Shown here one piece after another: positions 1 through 11,124 of a stretch of DNA of 64,000 nucleotides. The stretch's first letter is position 1. Each line of letters starts with the position of its first letter. The DNA lies in assembly GCA_009773765.1 (NCBI GenBank), contig WTWZ01000004.1, positions 66,507-130,506 of the forward strand. The letters run 5' to 3'. This DNA comes from Prolixibacteraceae bacterium. Lineage in GTDB: Bacteria > Bacteroidota > Bacteroidia > Bacteroidales > Prolixibacteraceae. The notes below the pieces were generated by a model. That model had not been told where the DNA came from. It saw nothing but the letters and a program-made list of their open reading frames with translations, and did no database searches. A program made the translations under genes and the position numbers.

Positions 1-1314
1 GTCTTCAAACAACTTTCCCAAACCAAAATTCTTAAAAAACCAGTTATCGACATTTGCTTCCGAAACAGGTTCGCTACGCTTTGCTTTCGGTTTTTCCTTT
101 CCTTTTAACCTTTCCATGAAAGTTGCAGTTTTTACGATCCCTTTTTCACGCTTAACCGGTTGTTTGGTTTCAATTTCAAATTCAAACCCGCGTATATTTT
201 CCTCGTCAACTTCCTCTTTTTCTTCCAATGAAATATCATTGAACGGAAAATCAGGCTGCTCCTTCGATTGTACTTCATGTTTTACTTTTTGGTGTAAATT
301 GAACTTTTCAGGTTCAACTTTTGGGCGCAAAGTTTGATTAGGATTCGTAATAAACCCAGTTGCAAGAATGGTAATACTGACTTGCTCCCCGAGCGATTCG
401 TCGTACCCATTTCCCCAGATAATGTCGGCTTCCTGACCGGCACGCTCCTGAAGGGTTTCAATAATTTCGCCGATTTCGCCGATTGTAATTTCCTGTTTTC
501 CTGAAATGATATTCAGCAATATATTTTTTGTTCCGTAAATATCATTGCTGTCGAGCAGCGGCGATTCGAGCGCATGGTTAACCGCCTCCATTGCCCTGTT
601 TTCGCCTGATGCATAACCAGTTCCCATGATAAATACGTTGCTTTTCTGCAGCACTGTTTTTACATCGGCATAGTCGATATTTACATTTCCGTGAATTGTT
701 ATGATTTCGGCCACTCCTTTTACAGCAGTTGTAACAATATTGTCGGCCATTTTAAAAGCCTGCCTGGTTGGCAAATCGCCGTAAATGTTGTGCAGCCGCT
801 GATTACTGATTACCAACATGCTATCCACAAATTCACCCAGCTTTTTTATGCCTTCCATTGCCTGGCCATAACGCTTTTTGCCTTCTGCAGGCGAGGGAAT
901 AGTAACCACAGCAATGGTTAAAATATCGAGTTCGCGCGCTAACCTGGCAATAACAGGAGCCGCACCAGTACCTGTTCCGCCGCCCATTCCTGCAGCAATG
1001 AAGAGCATTTTGGTGTTGTCTTTTAACACTTTTTTTATATCCTCGTAATTCTCCCGTGCTGCTTCCTCTCCCATTTCGGGTTGGTTGCCAGCGCCCCGTC
1101 CCTCGGTTAAGGTTACCCCAAGTTGAATTTTTACCGGAACAATACTGTTTTCAAGGGCTTGAGAATCAGTATTGCAAATAATGTAATCTACACCCTTAAT
1201 ACCAGCTTCGCACATGTGGTTAACCGCGTTGCACCCACCTCCGCCAACCCCAACCACTTTTATGATTGATGAAGTAACTTTTGGAAAATCAAAGCTGACT
1301 AAATTTTCGGTCAT
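1..1314 (-). CDS. ftsZ: Cell division GTPase FtsZ (partial; C-terminal end lies beyond window start)
   Basis: Not in the ORF track because it runs off the edge. The minus-strand frame is open from the ATG at 1312-1314 to position 1 (438 codons, no stop). Translation starts MTENLVSFDFPKVTSSIIKVVGVGGGGCNAVNHM and contains the tubulin signature AAGMGGGTGTGAAP. It lies directly downstream of ftsA. Confidence 0.95.
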   Translation of the reverse strand, partial: MTENLVSFDFPKVTSSIIKVVGVGGGGCNAVNHMCEAGIKGVDYIICNTDSQALENSIVPVKIQLGVTLTEGRGAGNQPEMGEEAARENYEDIKKVLKDNTKMLFIAAGMGGGTGTGAAPVIARLARELDILTIAVVTIPSPAEGKKRYGQAMEGIKKLGEFVDSMLVISNQRLHNIYGDLPTRQAFKMADNIVTTAVKGVAEIITIHGNVNIDYADVKTVLQKSNVFIMGTGYASGENRAMEAVNHALESPLLDSNDIYGTKNILLNIISGKQEITIGEIGEIIETLQERAGQEADIIWGNGYDESLGEQVSITILATGFITNPNQTLRPKVEPEKFNLHQKVKHEVQSKEQPDFPFNDISLEEKEEVDEENIRGFEFEIETKQPVKREKGIVKTATFMERLKGKEKPKAKRSEPVSEANVDNWFFKNFGLGKLFED

Positions 1315-1326
1315 ATCGTTTGGTTT

Positions 1327-2616
1327 TTATTTCAATGGAACATCTTCGTTTTCATCATCGACCAGATCGAGAACTCCCTGAAAAACCCTGTCAATCCATG
1401 GTTTTATCTTTCCGGGTTCTTTTGGCTTTTTAACTTTTGCAGATTTTTCATTAACCGGCACAATTGCTGCTGATTTTCTTTCAACAAGATTAAGCAATCC
1501 GAGCGCGGTAAAATATTCACCATTTTGTAACTCTTTGTGTTTTTCGTGCAACCCTAAAACCAGGTTTGCCTTTCGCACATCGAGCCCGGTCCTGAATTTT
1601 ACCAGGGAAACAATGTTTTCGAGGTTTGAAGTTCCACCTGTTAAAACAATTCCGGCGCCCAACTGTTCGGCAATTCCCGGTTTTTCAATTTGAAAGTTAA
1701 CACTGTCTATGATTTCTTCCAAACGGGCCTGAATAATAAATGCCAGACTTTTAAACGAGATTTCCTTAGGTTCCCAACCGTTGTTCCCAGGAATGGTAAC
1801 CACTTTCTGGTCGTCGGCAAAATCGCCAAGCGCCTGGCCATACTGAACTTTTAACTGTTCGGCCCATTTATACAAAATGGAACAACCTTCCCTGATATCA
1901 TTGGTAACTACCTCGCCGCCAAATGGTATCACAGCAGTGTGTATTAATTTATAATCATGGAAAATAGCCAGGTTTGTTGTTCCGCTACCAATGTCGAGAA
2001 CGATAACTCCCATTTCCTTTTCTTCGTGTGTGATAACCGCTTCGGCCACAGCCAATGTTGAAAGTGTAACTTTTTCGAGTTTAACATCCAATTTTCCAAA
2101 AACCTTGAGCAGGTTCACCCAGTAACTGTTCGGAATAATGAGCAGTTTATAATTTGCTTCAACTTTACGGCCCGTTGTTCCAACAGGCTTTTCAATCCTT
2201 TCGTTATCAACAACATACGAAACGGGGATAATCTCAACGAGTTTGTACCCTTCTTCTATTTCAGCATTTTTGGCCTGTTCGAATAAACTATCAATATCTG
2301 CCTTGCTTACTATACCATCTTCTGATGTTAATTTAACACGCTGAAAATGAACGGTTTTCATGTGTTGCCCGGCATACGCAACATACACTTCATCAATTCT
2401 CTCATTAATTTTCAGCTCAAGCGCAGTTAGTAATTCTTTCACCGTATCGGCAACATCTTCGATGTTAAAAATAATCCCTCTTTTAACTCCTTTTGCCTGA
2501 GTTTTGGCAAAACCAATGATTTCCAGTTTTCCTGCCTCATTTTTTGCACCGGCAACAGCAGCCATTCTTGATGTGCCAATATCGATTGCTACCGTAAGTT
2601 TACTTTTTGACGCCAT
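1327..2616 (-). CDS. ftsA: Cell division protein FtsA (actin-like ATPase)
   Basis: 429-aa ORF with actin/HSP70-fold phosphate motifs (AIDIGTSRMAAV, LDIGSGTTNLAIF, GIVLTGGTS). Located between ftsQ and ftsZ. Confidence 0.93.
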   Translation of the reverse strand: MASKSKLTVAIDIGTSRMAAVAGAKNEAGKLEIIGFAKTQAKGVKRGIIFNIEDVADTVKELLTALELKINERIDEVYVAYAGQHMKTVHFQRVKLTSEDGIVSKADIDSLFEQAKNAEIEEGYKLVEIIPVSYVVDNERIEKPVGTTGRKVEANYKLLIIPNSYWVNLLKVFGKLDVKLEKVTLSTLAVAEAVITHEEKEMGVIVLDIGSGTTNLAIFHDYKLIHTAVIPFGGEVVTNDIREGCSILYKWAEQLKVQYGQALGDFADDQKVVTIPGNNGWEPKEISFKSLAFIIQARLEEIIDSVNFQIEKPGIAEQLGAGIVLTGGTSNLENIVSLVKFRTGLDVRKANLVLGLHEKHKELQNGEYFTALGLLNLVERKSAAIVPVNEKSAKVKKPKEPGKIKPWIDRVFQGVLDLVDDENEDVPLK

Positions 2617-2619
2617 AAT

Positions 2620-3369
2620 CTATTTTCTTTTTGCAACAACCTGATTATTATATTTCAAACTCACCATTTCGTATTTGTCCCAGTTGTTTTTTGCCAGGAC
2701 CTGCTTGTAAAATGCACTCATTATATGAAGTTTCCAGCGGTAATTAGTAATATCCCCCAATTCGATAATGTGGCCGCCAACCAAGGGGGAAAGCAACACG
2801 TCCCCATCATTGTCAACATAAATTTGCTGAATTTGTGCCTTCCAGAAATCGTTGTCTTCAACATAGAGTATAAATGGTAAAAGTTGCTCAACGGCAAAAG
2901 TTTCAGAAACTGAGCCGGTTGCAACCATAACGTTTGTGGCATAGTTGGTTGAAGCCGGAATTTTCATTCCAAACTTATCGAGATAGTAACTGGCCGATGA
3001 AGTTATCACCCTCAAAACCGGTTCGCGGTGTTTTACCTTAACCACCAGCGTTCCTTTGTAGGCGCCATTTTCGTTTACCATCAGTTTATAAACATCGGCT
3101 TTTAAAATTGCCGGGAGTTTTTCAATTTCCTCCTCAATAATTTCGGCGTTAATTTCGCTGAGGGTTTTGCTTAAAACTTTGTTATCAGCAGATTTTACCA
3201 ATCTTACCAACCTTTCCTTGTCGATATTAATGACATCGTTTTTATTGAAAACAACCTGAATATCAGTACATATTATATTTTTACTTTCGATGGAAGTAAA
3301 TGCCAGGGTTCCGACAATAAATATTATCAGTACCAAAAACCCGGTTAAATTCAATAGTTTCCGAACCAT
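2620..3369 (-). CDS. ftsQ: Cell division protein FtsQ-like (TM anchor plus POTRA-like region)
   Basis: 249 aa with an N-terminal TM helix (LTGFLVLIIFIVGTLAF). It occupies the conserved dcw slot between murC and ftsA and overlaps murC by 1 nt. Confidence 0.75.
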   Translation of the reverse strand: MVRKLLNLTGFLVLIIFIVGTLAFTSIESKNIICTDIQVVFNKNDVINIDKERLVRLVKSADNKVLSKTLSEINAEIIEEEIEKLPAILKADVYKLMVNENGAYKGTLVVKVKHREPVLRVITSSASYYLDKFGMKIPASTNYATNVMVATGSVSETFAVEQLLPFILYVEDNDFWKAQIQQIYVDNDGDVLLSPLVGGHIIELGDITNYRWKLHIMSAFYKQVLAKNNWDKYEMVSLKYNNQVVAKRK

Positions 3370-4754
3370 TATACCTTTGTTTTAAGTATTTCAATAATAT
3401 CACCGGCTAAACTGTCAATATCGCCGGCGCCCATGGTTAGTACAATTTCACATTTTTCGTTTCGCAAAATATCGAGCATTTGCTGTTTTGTAACCAGGTG
3501 CTTGTCATGCAATTTCATTTGGTTGAAAATGATTTCTGATGAAATTCCTTTAATCGGTTCCTCGCGGGCAGGATAAAGGGGAATTAGAATGGTGGTATCG
3601 AGCAAATCGAGGCTTGCTGCAAACTCAGCCGAAAAATCGCGGGTGCGCGAATACAGGTGGGGCTGAAAAATGCCAGTGATTTTGCGTCCTTTGAATAATT
3701 CCTTTACCGATGAAATAATTGCTTTTAACTCTTCGGGATGATGTGCATAATCATCGATATAAATGTACTTTTCGTTTCTGAACCTGACATCGAACCTGCG
3801 TATTACACCCTGGTAATCTTCAAGTCCGTTTTTAATTTCGGCAGGGGCGGCCCCTGCCAAAAATGCCAGCGACACTGCACCAACCGCATTTTCAACATTC
3901 AGTAACCCAGGATAATTCATTTTACACCCGGCAATAATCCCATCTGGAGTTTTTATATCGAACTGATAAAATCCCCCCTCAGAATTTAATTGCAGGTTGA
4001 GAGTTGTAAAGTCAGCCTCCTGGTTTAAAGAATAACTATAAATTTTAGCCGGGGTTTTTGCCGTATTCAGTTCAACACCTTTTTTAATAACCAACGAACC
4101 TCCCGGCTGAATTTGCGAAATAAACCTTTCAAACGACTCTACAATCTTGTCTTTCTGCCCGTAAATATCCAAATGGTCGGCGTCGATGCTGGTTACCAGT
4201 GCCAAAAGCGGCGTGAGGTGCAGAAATGAGCGGTCGAATTCATCGGCTTCGGCAACAATCCACGGCGATTCAACTTTTGGCAGCAACAAATTGGTGCCAA
4301 AATTTTTGGATATCCCACCTAAAAAAGCGCCGCAACCACGGTATGTTTTATTCAGAATGTTGGCTACCATAGTACTTACGGTTGTTTTTCCATGTGTGCC
4401 CGAAACGGCAATTCCGCTTCGTTCGTTACAAACCAAACCGAGTACTTTCGCGCGCTTTAACAATGGAATGGGCCTCTCCATGAACCACGACAATTCTTTG
4501 TGTTCCTCTGGCAGTGCAGGAGTGAATACGGCGAGAGTACTTGCCGGATCCCAGTTACTTGGAATTTTCCGGATATCGTCGTCGAAATGAATATCTATTC
4601 CCTCGGCGCGCATAGCATCTGTAAGCGCCGTTGGTGTGCGATCGTAACCAGCCACGTTTCGGCCTGTAAACTTAAAATAACGTGCCAGCGCACTCATGCC
4701 AATTCCCCCAATCCCGAGGAAATAGACATTTCGGATATGTAGAAGGTTTTTCAT
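3369..4754 (-). CDS. murC: UDP-N-acetylmuramate--L-alanine ligase
   Basis: 461 aa with Mur ligase motifs GIGGIGMSALA, GTHGKTTVS (P-loop) and IDADHLD. Confidence 0.95.
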   Translation of the reverse strand: MKNLLHIRNVYFLGIGGIGMSALARYFKFTGRNVAGYDRTPTALTDAMRAEGIDIHFDDDIRKIPSNWDPASTLAVFTPALPEEHKELSWFMERPIPLLKRAKVLGLVCNERSGIAVSGTHGKTTVSTMVANILNKTYRGCGAFLGGISKNFGTNLLLPKVESPWIVAEADEFDRSFLHLTPLLALVTSIDADHLDIYGQKDKIVESFERFISQIQPGGSLVIKKGVELNTAKTPAKIYSYSLNQEADFTTLNLQLNSEGGFYQFDIKTPDGIIAGCKMNYPGLLNVENAVGAVSLAFLAGAAPAEIKNGLEDYQGVIRRFDVRFRNEKYIYIDDYAHHPEELKAIISSVKELFKGRKITGIFQPHLYSRTRDFSAEFAASLDLLDTTILIPLYPAREEPIKGISSEIIFNQMKLHDKHLVTKQQMLDILRNEKCEIVLTMGAGDIDSLAGDIIEILKTKV

Positions 4755-5854
4755 TGTGTAATTAACTTTTCAACCTCGTCAACAATTGATTTGGTTGCTT
4801 CTGGTTTTGCCAATATTTTAATATTTGTTGCCATTAACCGGCATAGTTCAGTATTATTTACCAGATCGAAAGCGACCTGAAAAAGTTTTTTATCAATCTC
4901 TCCATCAGTAATCATTACTGCGGCATCCCTGTCAACAAGCGCCATTGCATTTTTGGTTTGGTGGTCTTCGGAAACATTGGGCGACGGGACCAAAATTGCG
5001 GGTTTTCCAACCAGGCAAAGCTCAGAAAGAGTACCTGCGCCCGCTCTCGAAATTACCACGTCGGCAACTGAATAGGCCAAATCCATTCGCGATAAAAACT
5101 GATGAATGTGCAGGTTTTCCGGCTTTTTGCCCTGAATTTCGGCCTGTATTTTTTCGAAATAAATTGCCCCGGTTTGCCAGATTACCTGAACCCCTGATTT
5201 TGTAATTAGCCCCAGATTTTTTAACACCGAATTATTTATCGAACGCGCCCCCAAACTGCCGCCCACGATTAAAACCACACGTTGGTTTCCGGTTAAACCA
5301 AAATATTCAAGCGCTTCATCTTTATTCTGAATATTGGCCAGCAGGTTTTCGCGTACCGGATTTCCGGTTAATATGATTTTTTTTGATGGGAAAAACCTGT
5401 CCATGTTATCGTAGGCAACGCAAATGGCATTAACCTTTCTGCCCAGAATTTTATTGGTAATTCCGGCATAAGAATTTTGTTCCTGAATTAAAGTGGGGAT
5501 TTTTTGGTTTGCAGCGGCCCGTAAAAGCGGCCCGCTTGCATAACCGCCGACACCGATGGCAATTTCGGGTCTAAATTCTTTTACAATTCTCTTCGCCATC
5601 GAAGCGCTTTGGACTAACTTATTGAAAAATGCAAATATTTTCAAACTTGGTTTACGGGGAAAACCCATTACCGGCAACCCGACAATTTTGTAACCTGCAG
5701 CCGGTATTTTTTCCATTTCCATTCTGCCCAAAGCGCCAACAAACAAAATATCAGCATCGGGATACCGTTTTTTAATTTCGTTAGCTATGGAAAGCGCTGG
5801 AAAAATATGCCCGCCGGTTCCGCCCCCGCTTAATATTACCCTGTTAATTTTCAT
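4751..5854 (-). CDS. murG: UDP-GlcNAc:lipid I GlcNAc transferase MurG
   Basis: 367 aa with the N-terminal GGTGGHIFPAL motif typical of MurG (GT28). It has 4-nt overlaps with both neighbours. Confidence 0.95.
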   Translation of the reverse strand: MKINRVILSGGGTGGHIFPALSIANEIKKRYPDADILFVGALGRMEMEKIPAAGYKIVGLPVMGFPRKPSLKIFAFFNKLVQSASMAKRIVKEFRPEIAIGVGGYASGPLLRAAANQKIPTLIQEQNSYAGITNKILGRKVNAICVAYDNMDRFFPSKKIILTGNPVRENLLANIQNKDEALEYFGLTGNQRVVLIVGGSLGARSINNSVLKNLGLITKSGVQVIWQTGAIYFEKIQAEIQGKKPENLHIHQFLSRMDLAYSVADVVISRAGAGTLSELCLVGKPAILVPSPNVSEDHQTKNAMALVDRDAAVMITDGEIDKKLFQVAFDLVNNTELCRLMATNIKILAKPEATKSIVDEVEKLITQ

Positions 5855-7056
5855 TTTTTCATTTCCTCATCTTCATCGGGTGCATTCACCTGAATTGGTT
5901 GTTTTTGCGTTTCGCTGTCAATTTCGTTTTGATGGCTTACACTTAAAATGCAGCCAAAAGCAACCGAAGTAAACAACAGTGAAGTTCCGCCCAGGCTGAT
6001 CCAGGGCAGCGGTTGGCCGGTAACCGGCAGCACCCCGCTTGAAACGCCGATATTAATTAAAGCCTGGTAAACCATTACCAGAGTAAGGCCAATTACCATA
6101 AAAGCGGGAAAAGTCCGCGATGATCGCCTTACAATAATTATCCCCCTGAAAAAGAAAATCAGGTACAGAAAAATTACCCCCACACCAAATATTAAACCAT
6201 ATTCTTCAACTATAATTGCAAAGATAAAATCGTTGTATGCTGCTGCCATGTAATTACTTACATCAGATTGTCCCGGCCCTTTTCCGAAAATCCCGCCAGA
6301 GTAAATTGCCAGTTTTGCATAATCGGCCTGAGTTACTCCCTGTTCAGAATTTGGGTCGCCATGAATAAACCGTTCAATACGTCCTTTAATTGTATGAATC
6401 CGTCCCACACTGTCGGGGACCAAATCGGCAGTAAAATAAATTAAAACAATCAGCCCCACGCCCGCACCAAAAACCAACAACATATACCTGATTGGTATTC
6501 TGCCAACAAACATCATGGTTAGGATGGTGGCAAAAATGAGTGCCGAAGTGGAAAAGTTGGAAAGTAAAATCAGCCCGCAAACCAACGCAGTGAAAATCAT
6601 TATTTTCCTGAAGGCTGACGCCAAATCCTGTTTAGTCTTTTGTTTCTTCCCCAAAACTTTAGCAGTGAAAAGAATTAAGGAAATTTTGGCCACTTCGGCC
6701 GGTTGAAACGAGAAGATTCCAAGATTGAACGTTCTTCCGGTCCCTTTCAGGATACCGGCAAATTTTAAAACTACCGCAGCTACCAGCAAAAGAATACTAC
6801 CGTATAGCAAATAGTTGGCAGCTATTGAATAAAACTTTACAGGAATTACATTAACCATTAGTACAATTACACCCAAACCCATACCGATAAAAAACACCTG
6901 GCGGACGAGGTAGTGCATTGTGTTCCCACCGTGTACACGATATGCTAGCGCTCCGGTTGCGCTGTAAACAATCAGTAGCGACAGCAACGAAAGAAACACG
7001 AGAATTATCCAGATTACCCGGTCGCCTTTGAAGTATTTTAATATTGAAAAGTCCAT
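5851..7056 (-). CDS. ftsW: SEDS-family peptidoglycan polymerase FtsW
   Basis: 401-aa polytopic membrane protein of FtsW/RodA/SpoVE type, in the dcw slot between murD and murG. Confidence 0.9.
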   Translation of the reverse strand: MDFSILKYFKGDRVIWIILVFLSLLSLLIVYSATGALAYRVHGGNTMHYLVRQVFFIGMGLGVIVLMVNVIPVKFYSIAANYLLYGSILLLVAAVVLKFAGILKGTGRTFNLGIFSFQPAEVAKISLILFTAKVLGKKQKTKQDLASAFRKIMIFTALVCGLILLSNFSTSALIFATILTMMFVGRIPIRYMLLVFGAGVGLIVLIYFTADLVPDSVGRIHTIKGRIERFIHGDPNSEQGVTQADYAKLAIYSGGIFGKGPGQSDVSNYMAAAYNDFIFAIIVEEYGLIFGVGVIFLYLIFFFRGIIIVRRSSRTFPAFMVIGLTLVMVYQALINIGVSSGVLPVTGQPLPWISLGGTSLLFTSVAFGCILSVSHQNEIDSETQKQPIQVNAPDEDEEMKK

Positions 7057-8393
7057 TACAATTTTCTAACCCACTGTTTAAACTGATTACCGCGGTCTTC
7101 GTAATTATCAAACAAATCGAAACTGGCACATGCCGGCGATAAAAGCACAGTGTCGCCATTGCGCGCCAGATAATAAGCGGTTTTAACCGCTTCGTCCATG
7201 CTCGAAGCATCCACAATATTTTTTACCACGCCCTTAAAGGCTTCGTGCAACTTATTGTTGTCTTTTCCCAAACACACCAATGCCTTTACTTTCTCTTTGG
7301 CCAGAGCTTTCAACATCGAATAGTCATTGCCTTTGTCAACTCCGCCGGCAATCCATACAATGGGTTTGCGGATACTTTCAAGAGCATACCATGTTGAATT
7401 TATATTGGTGGCTTTCGAGTCGTTTACAAACTCAATTCCATGAACTTTCAGGAAATGTTCCAGGCGGTGCTCAACACCTGTAAAATTAGACAGGCTCTCC
7501 CTTAACTGTTCGTTGCGAATTTCAAAAATCATACTTGCAATTCCTGCTGCCATGGAGTTGTAAGTATTGTGTTTCCCTTGTAATGCAAGATCCAGAATAG
7601 ACATATTGAATTGGTTTTGATTTAAATTAATAATTAACTGATTGTCTTTAACCCCTGCTCCGGTTACGGGTGGGTTGCCCAGGCCAAACTGGATTACTGC
7701 AGGTATAATGTTTCTTTTTTGTAATTCATTTCGGGTGACTTCATCATCGGCACAAGCGATAAACCAGTCGTTTTGGGTTTGATTTTGAACAATGCGGAAT
7801 TTTGCATCAACATAGTTTTGCATGTTGTAGTTGTAGCGGTCGAGATGGTCGGGGGTAATGTTCAGCAAAACTGCCACATCTGCCCGGAAATCGTACATTC
7901 CGTCGAGTTGAAAACTACTGAGTTCGATAACATAGACATCATGTTTTTCCCCGGCGACCTGCCAGGCAAAACTTTTTCCCACATTTCCGGCTAAACCAAC
8001 ATTTAATCCTGCATTTTTCAGAATATGGTATGTAAGCAAAGTAGTGGTGGTTTTACCGTTGCTGCCGGTTATACAAATGGTTTTGGCCGTGTTGTAACGC
8101 CCGGCAAATTCAATTTCAGAAATAACAGGCATCCCAATTTCCTTAAGCTGCTTAATTATCGGCGCTTTATCAGGAATGCCCGGGCTTTTAATAACCAAAC
8201 CGGCGTTCAGGATATTTTCTGCTGAATGTTTTTCCTCTTCAAAACCGATTTTGTAATTGGATAAAATGCCTTTATATTTTTCTTTTATTTTACCCAAATC
8301 AGACAGAAAAACAGAAAAGCCCTTTTGCTGTGCAAGGATAGCCGCTCCCACACCGCTTTCGCCACCGCCTAATATTGCAATCCTGTTATTCAA
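7056..8393 (-). CDS. murD: UDP-N-acetylmuramoylalanine--D-glutamate ligase
   Basis: 445 aa with ILGGGESGVGAA, GSNGKTTTT (P-loop) and ITPDHLDR. Confidence 0.95.
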   Translation of the reverse strand: MNNRIAILGGGESGVGAAILAQQKGFSVFLSDLGKIKEKYKGILSNYKIGFEEEKHSAENILNAGLVIKSPGIPDKAPIIKQLKEIGMPVISEIEFAGRYNTAKTICITGSNGKTTTTLLTYHILKNAGLNVGLAGNVGKSFAWQVAGEKHDVYVIELSSFQLDGMYDFRADVAVLLNITPDHLDRYNYNMQNYVDAKFRIVQNQTQNDWFIACADDEVTRNELQKRNIIPAVIQFGLGNPPVTGAGVKDNQLIINLNQNQFNMSILDLALQGKHNTYNSMAAGIASMIFEIRNEQLRESLSNFTGVEHRLEHFLKVHGIEFVNDSKATNINSTWYALESIRKPIVWIAGGVDKGNDYSMLKALAKEKVKALVCLGKDNNKLHEAFKGVVKNIVDASSMDEAVKTAYYLARNGDTVLLSPACASFDLFDNYEDRGNQFKQWVRKL

Positions 8394-8394
8394 T

Positions 8395-9645
8395 TTATCT
8401 GACTTTTAAGGTTACCATTGTAATTACTGCCAGAATAATCCCCACTATCCAAAAACGGGTTACAATTTTTGCTTCAGGTATCCCCTTTTTCTGAAAATGG
8501 TGGTGGATTGGGCTCATCAGGAACACGCGCCTGCCTTCGCCATATTTTTTCCGGGTGTATTTAAACCACAAAACCTGAATCATTACAGAAAGATTTTCGA
8601 TGAGAAAAATTCCGCACAAAAGCGGGATCAGTATTTCCTTACGTATAATTACAGAGAAAACGGCTAAAATCCCACCTAACGCGAGGCTTCCGGTATCGCC
8701 CATAAAAACCTGTGCCGGGTATGAATTATACCACAAAAACCCAACAGTGGCCCCAATAAACGCTGCAATAAAAACCGACAATTCGCCAATGTTTGGAATA
8801 TACATGATGCTGAGATATTCGGAATAAATGATGTTGCCACTAACGTAAGCCAGCACTCCTAAGGTAGCGCCACTGATTGCCGACGTTCCGGCAGCCAGCC
8901 CGTCCAGCCCGTCTGTGAGATTGGCCGCGTTCGAAACTGCTGTAATTATTAAAATAATTACTAAAGCATAAACTATCCATTTTAACCACGAAGAAGCATC
9001 GCCGGCAAAAGCAACCATCCACTCGTAATTAAACTCATTCTTTTTCACAAAGGGAATAGTAGTGACTGTGGATTTTATATCTTTTGTAACAAACTGGACA
9101 GTTTGCTCGCCGGTAACCGGATCAACAAGAATTTCCTGCAAATTACGCCCATTTTCATCTTTTACATGCTGCCTGACTTTTACGTCTTCGCTGATAAAAA
9201 GCGTGAGGGCCACAATTAAGCCCAGCACAATCTGGCCCAGAATTTTAAATTTTCCGGCTAATCCTTTTTTATTTTTAAGAAAAACCTTGATATAATCGTC
9301 AATAAAACCAATGAAACCCAGCAATATAGTTGTAATTAACATCAGGATTACATAAACATTATCGAGGCGTGCAAACAATATTGTTGGGATAATAATGGAT
9401 GCAAGAATAATTAAGCCGCCCATTGTTGGGGTGCCTTTTTTCTGCAACTGGCCTTCGAGTCCTAAATCGCGAACTACCTCGCCAATTTGCTTTTGCTGTA
9501 AAACCCTGATTATTTTTCTCCCAAAAACCGCAGCAATAAATAGTGAAGCAATAATTGCCCCCCCCGCACGAAATGTAATGCCGGGCAACATTCCAACACC
9601 CGGAAAATCGTATTTTACCAAAAATTCATACAACCAGTAAATCAT
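8395..9645 (-). CDS. mraY: Phospho-N-acetylmuramoyl-pentapeptide transferase MraY
   Basis: 416-aa membrane protein with MraY motifs [20 protein letters not shown] and [12 protein letters not shown]. Confidence 0.95.
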   Translation of the reverse strand: MIYWLYEFLVKYDFPGVGMLPGITFRAGGAIIASLFIAAVFGRKIIRVLQQKQIGEVVRDLGLEGQLQKKGTPTMGGLIILASIIIPTILFARLDNVYVILMLITTILLGFIGFIDDYIKVFLKNKKGLAGKFKILGQIVLGLIVALTLFISEDVKVRQHVKDENGRNLQEILVDPVTGEQTVQFVTKDIKSTVTTIPFVKKNEFNYEWMVAFAGDASSWLKWIVYALVIILIITAVSNAANLTDGLDGLAAGTSAISGATLGVLAYVSGNIIYSEYLSIMYIPNIGELSVFIAAFIGATVGFLWYNSYPAQVFMGDTGSLALGGILAVFSVIIRKEILIPLLCGIFLIENLSVMIQVLWFKYTRKKYGEGRRVFLMSPIHHHFQKKGIPEAKIVTRFWIVGIILAVITMVTLKVR

Positions 9646-9657
9646 GCTTTCAGTTTT

Positions 9658-11115
9658 TTAATTATTGATGCCAAAGCAATTTTCAATTTCTTCCTTATCA
9701 TCGAAGTGGTACTTAACCCCGTTTATATCCTGATAGTTTTCGTGGCCTTTGCCTGCAATCAAAATAATGTCGCCTGGTTGTGCAATTAGCGCTGCAGTTT
9801 TAATTGCTTCCCTTCTGTTTTCAATTGACACAACTTTATTTTTAAATTTTGCGGAAACACCGGTTTCCATTTCCATAATAATTTGTGCCGGATTTTCAGT
9901 GCGCGGATTATCAGAAGTGAGAATCACTTTATCGCTGGCCAAAACAGCTTCGTTCGCCATTTCCGGGCGTTTTGTTTTATCGCGGTCGCCGCCGGCGCCA
10001 ACAACGGTAATAACCTGTTCGTTTCTGGTCCTGATTTCTGAAATTGCCCTCAACACGTTTTTTAGTGCATCGGGAGTGTGTGCATAATCGATAATTGCCA
10101 GTTTGCCATCGGGGCTGCGAACCGTTTCAAACCTTCCCTGAACCGGGTGCAAATTGCTGATTATGGTTAAAACTTCGTCTTTGTTTTGCCCCAAACGGAT
10201 GGCAGTTGCGTAAACAGCCAGCAGGTTCGATGCATTGAATTTGCCCACAAACCGAGTCCAGATTTCTCTTCCATCGAGGTTGAGCAGCATCCCGTCGAAA
10301 TGACTTTCGATAACTTTGCACCTGAAACTGGCAGTTGTACTGGTTGAAAATGTTACTTTCTCAGCCTGGGAATTCTGAACCATGACCAAACCATTTTTAT
10401 CGTCGATATTGGTAATGGCAAAAGCCTCTTTTGAAAGGCCGTCGAAAAAGCCTTTTTTCGCTTTGATGTATTCAGCAAATGTTTTGTGATAATCCAGATG
10501 GTCGTGTGTAATGTTGGTGAAAATGCCACCTGCAAATTCAATCCCGGAAATCCGTTTTTGATGAACCGCATGTGAACTCACTTCCATAAAACAATACTGG
10601 CACCCTGCAATAACCATTTCGGCAAGCAACTGCTGAATTTTTAAAGCATTTGGGGTGGTATGCGATGCAGTTTCCTCCTTTTCTTTAATCCGGTACGAAA
10701 TGGTTGAAATGAGCCCGGTATTGTAGCCCAATTGTAAAAACATTTTATAAAGTAAGGTTGCAACGCTGGTTTTTCCATTTGTGCCGGTAACGCCAACTAC
10801 TTTCAGTTTCTGTGAAGGAAAATTGTAAAAAGCCGATGCAAGTTTTCCTAAAACTTCATTTGAATCATCAACTTTAATGTATGTAACATTTGATGAAATT
10901 TCTTCTGGCAACTGCCCGCAAACAATTACCGTTGCGCCATTTTCAATTGCCCTGGGAATGAATTTATGCCCATCGGAAACCACTCCCTGCTGGGCCACAA
11001 ATAAAAAACCGGTTTTAATCAGCCTCGAATCAAATTCGATACCGGCAACTGTTTTTTCCACAGAACCGATAACTTTTGAAAAACTGATGTATTTTATTAA
11101 TTCGTTTATTTTCAT
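9658..11115 (-). CDS. murE: UDP-MurNAc-L-Ala-D-Glu--2,6-diaminopimelate (or L-Lys) ligase MurE
   Basis: 485 aa with GVTGTNGKTS (P-loop), ITHDHLDYH and the LTSDNPRTE motif characteristic of MurE. Confidence 0.93.
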   Translation of the reverse strand: MKINELIKYISFSKVIGSVEKTVAGIEFDSRLIKTGFLFVAQQGVVSDGHKFIPRAIENGATVIVCGQLPEEISSNVTYIKVDDSNEVLGKLASAFYNFPSQKLKVVGVTGTNGKTSVATLLYKMFLQLGYNTGLISTISYRIKEKEETASHTTPNALKIQQLLAEMVIAGCQYCFMEVSSHAVHQKRISGIEFAGGIFTNITHDHLDYHKTFAEYIKAKKGFFDGLSKEAFAITNIDDKNGLVMVQNSQAEKVTFSTSTTASFRCKVIESHFDGMLLNLDGREIWTRFVGKFNASNLLAVYATAIRLGQNKDEVLTIISNLHPVQGRFETVRSPDGKLAIIDYAHTPDALKNVLRAISEIRTRNEQVITVVGAGGDRDKTKRPEMANEAVLASDKVILTSDNPRTENPAQIIMEMETGVSAKFKNKVVSIENRREAIKTAALIAQPGDIILIAGKGHENYQDINGVKYHFDDKEEIENCFGINN

Positions 11116-11124
11116 TTCATGTTA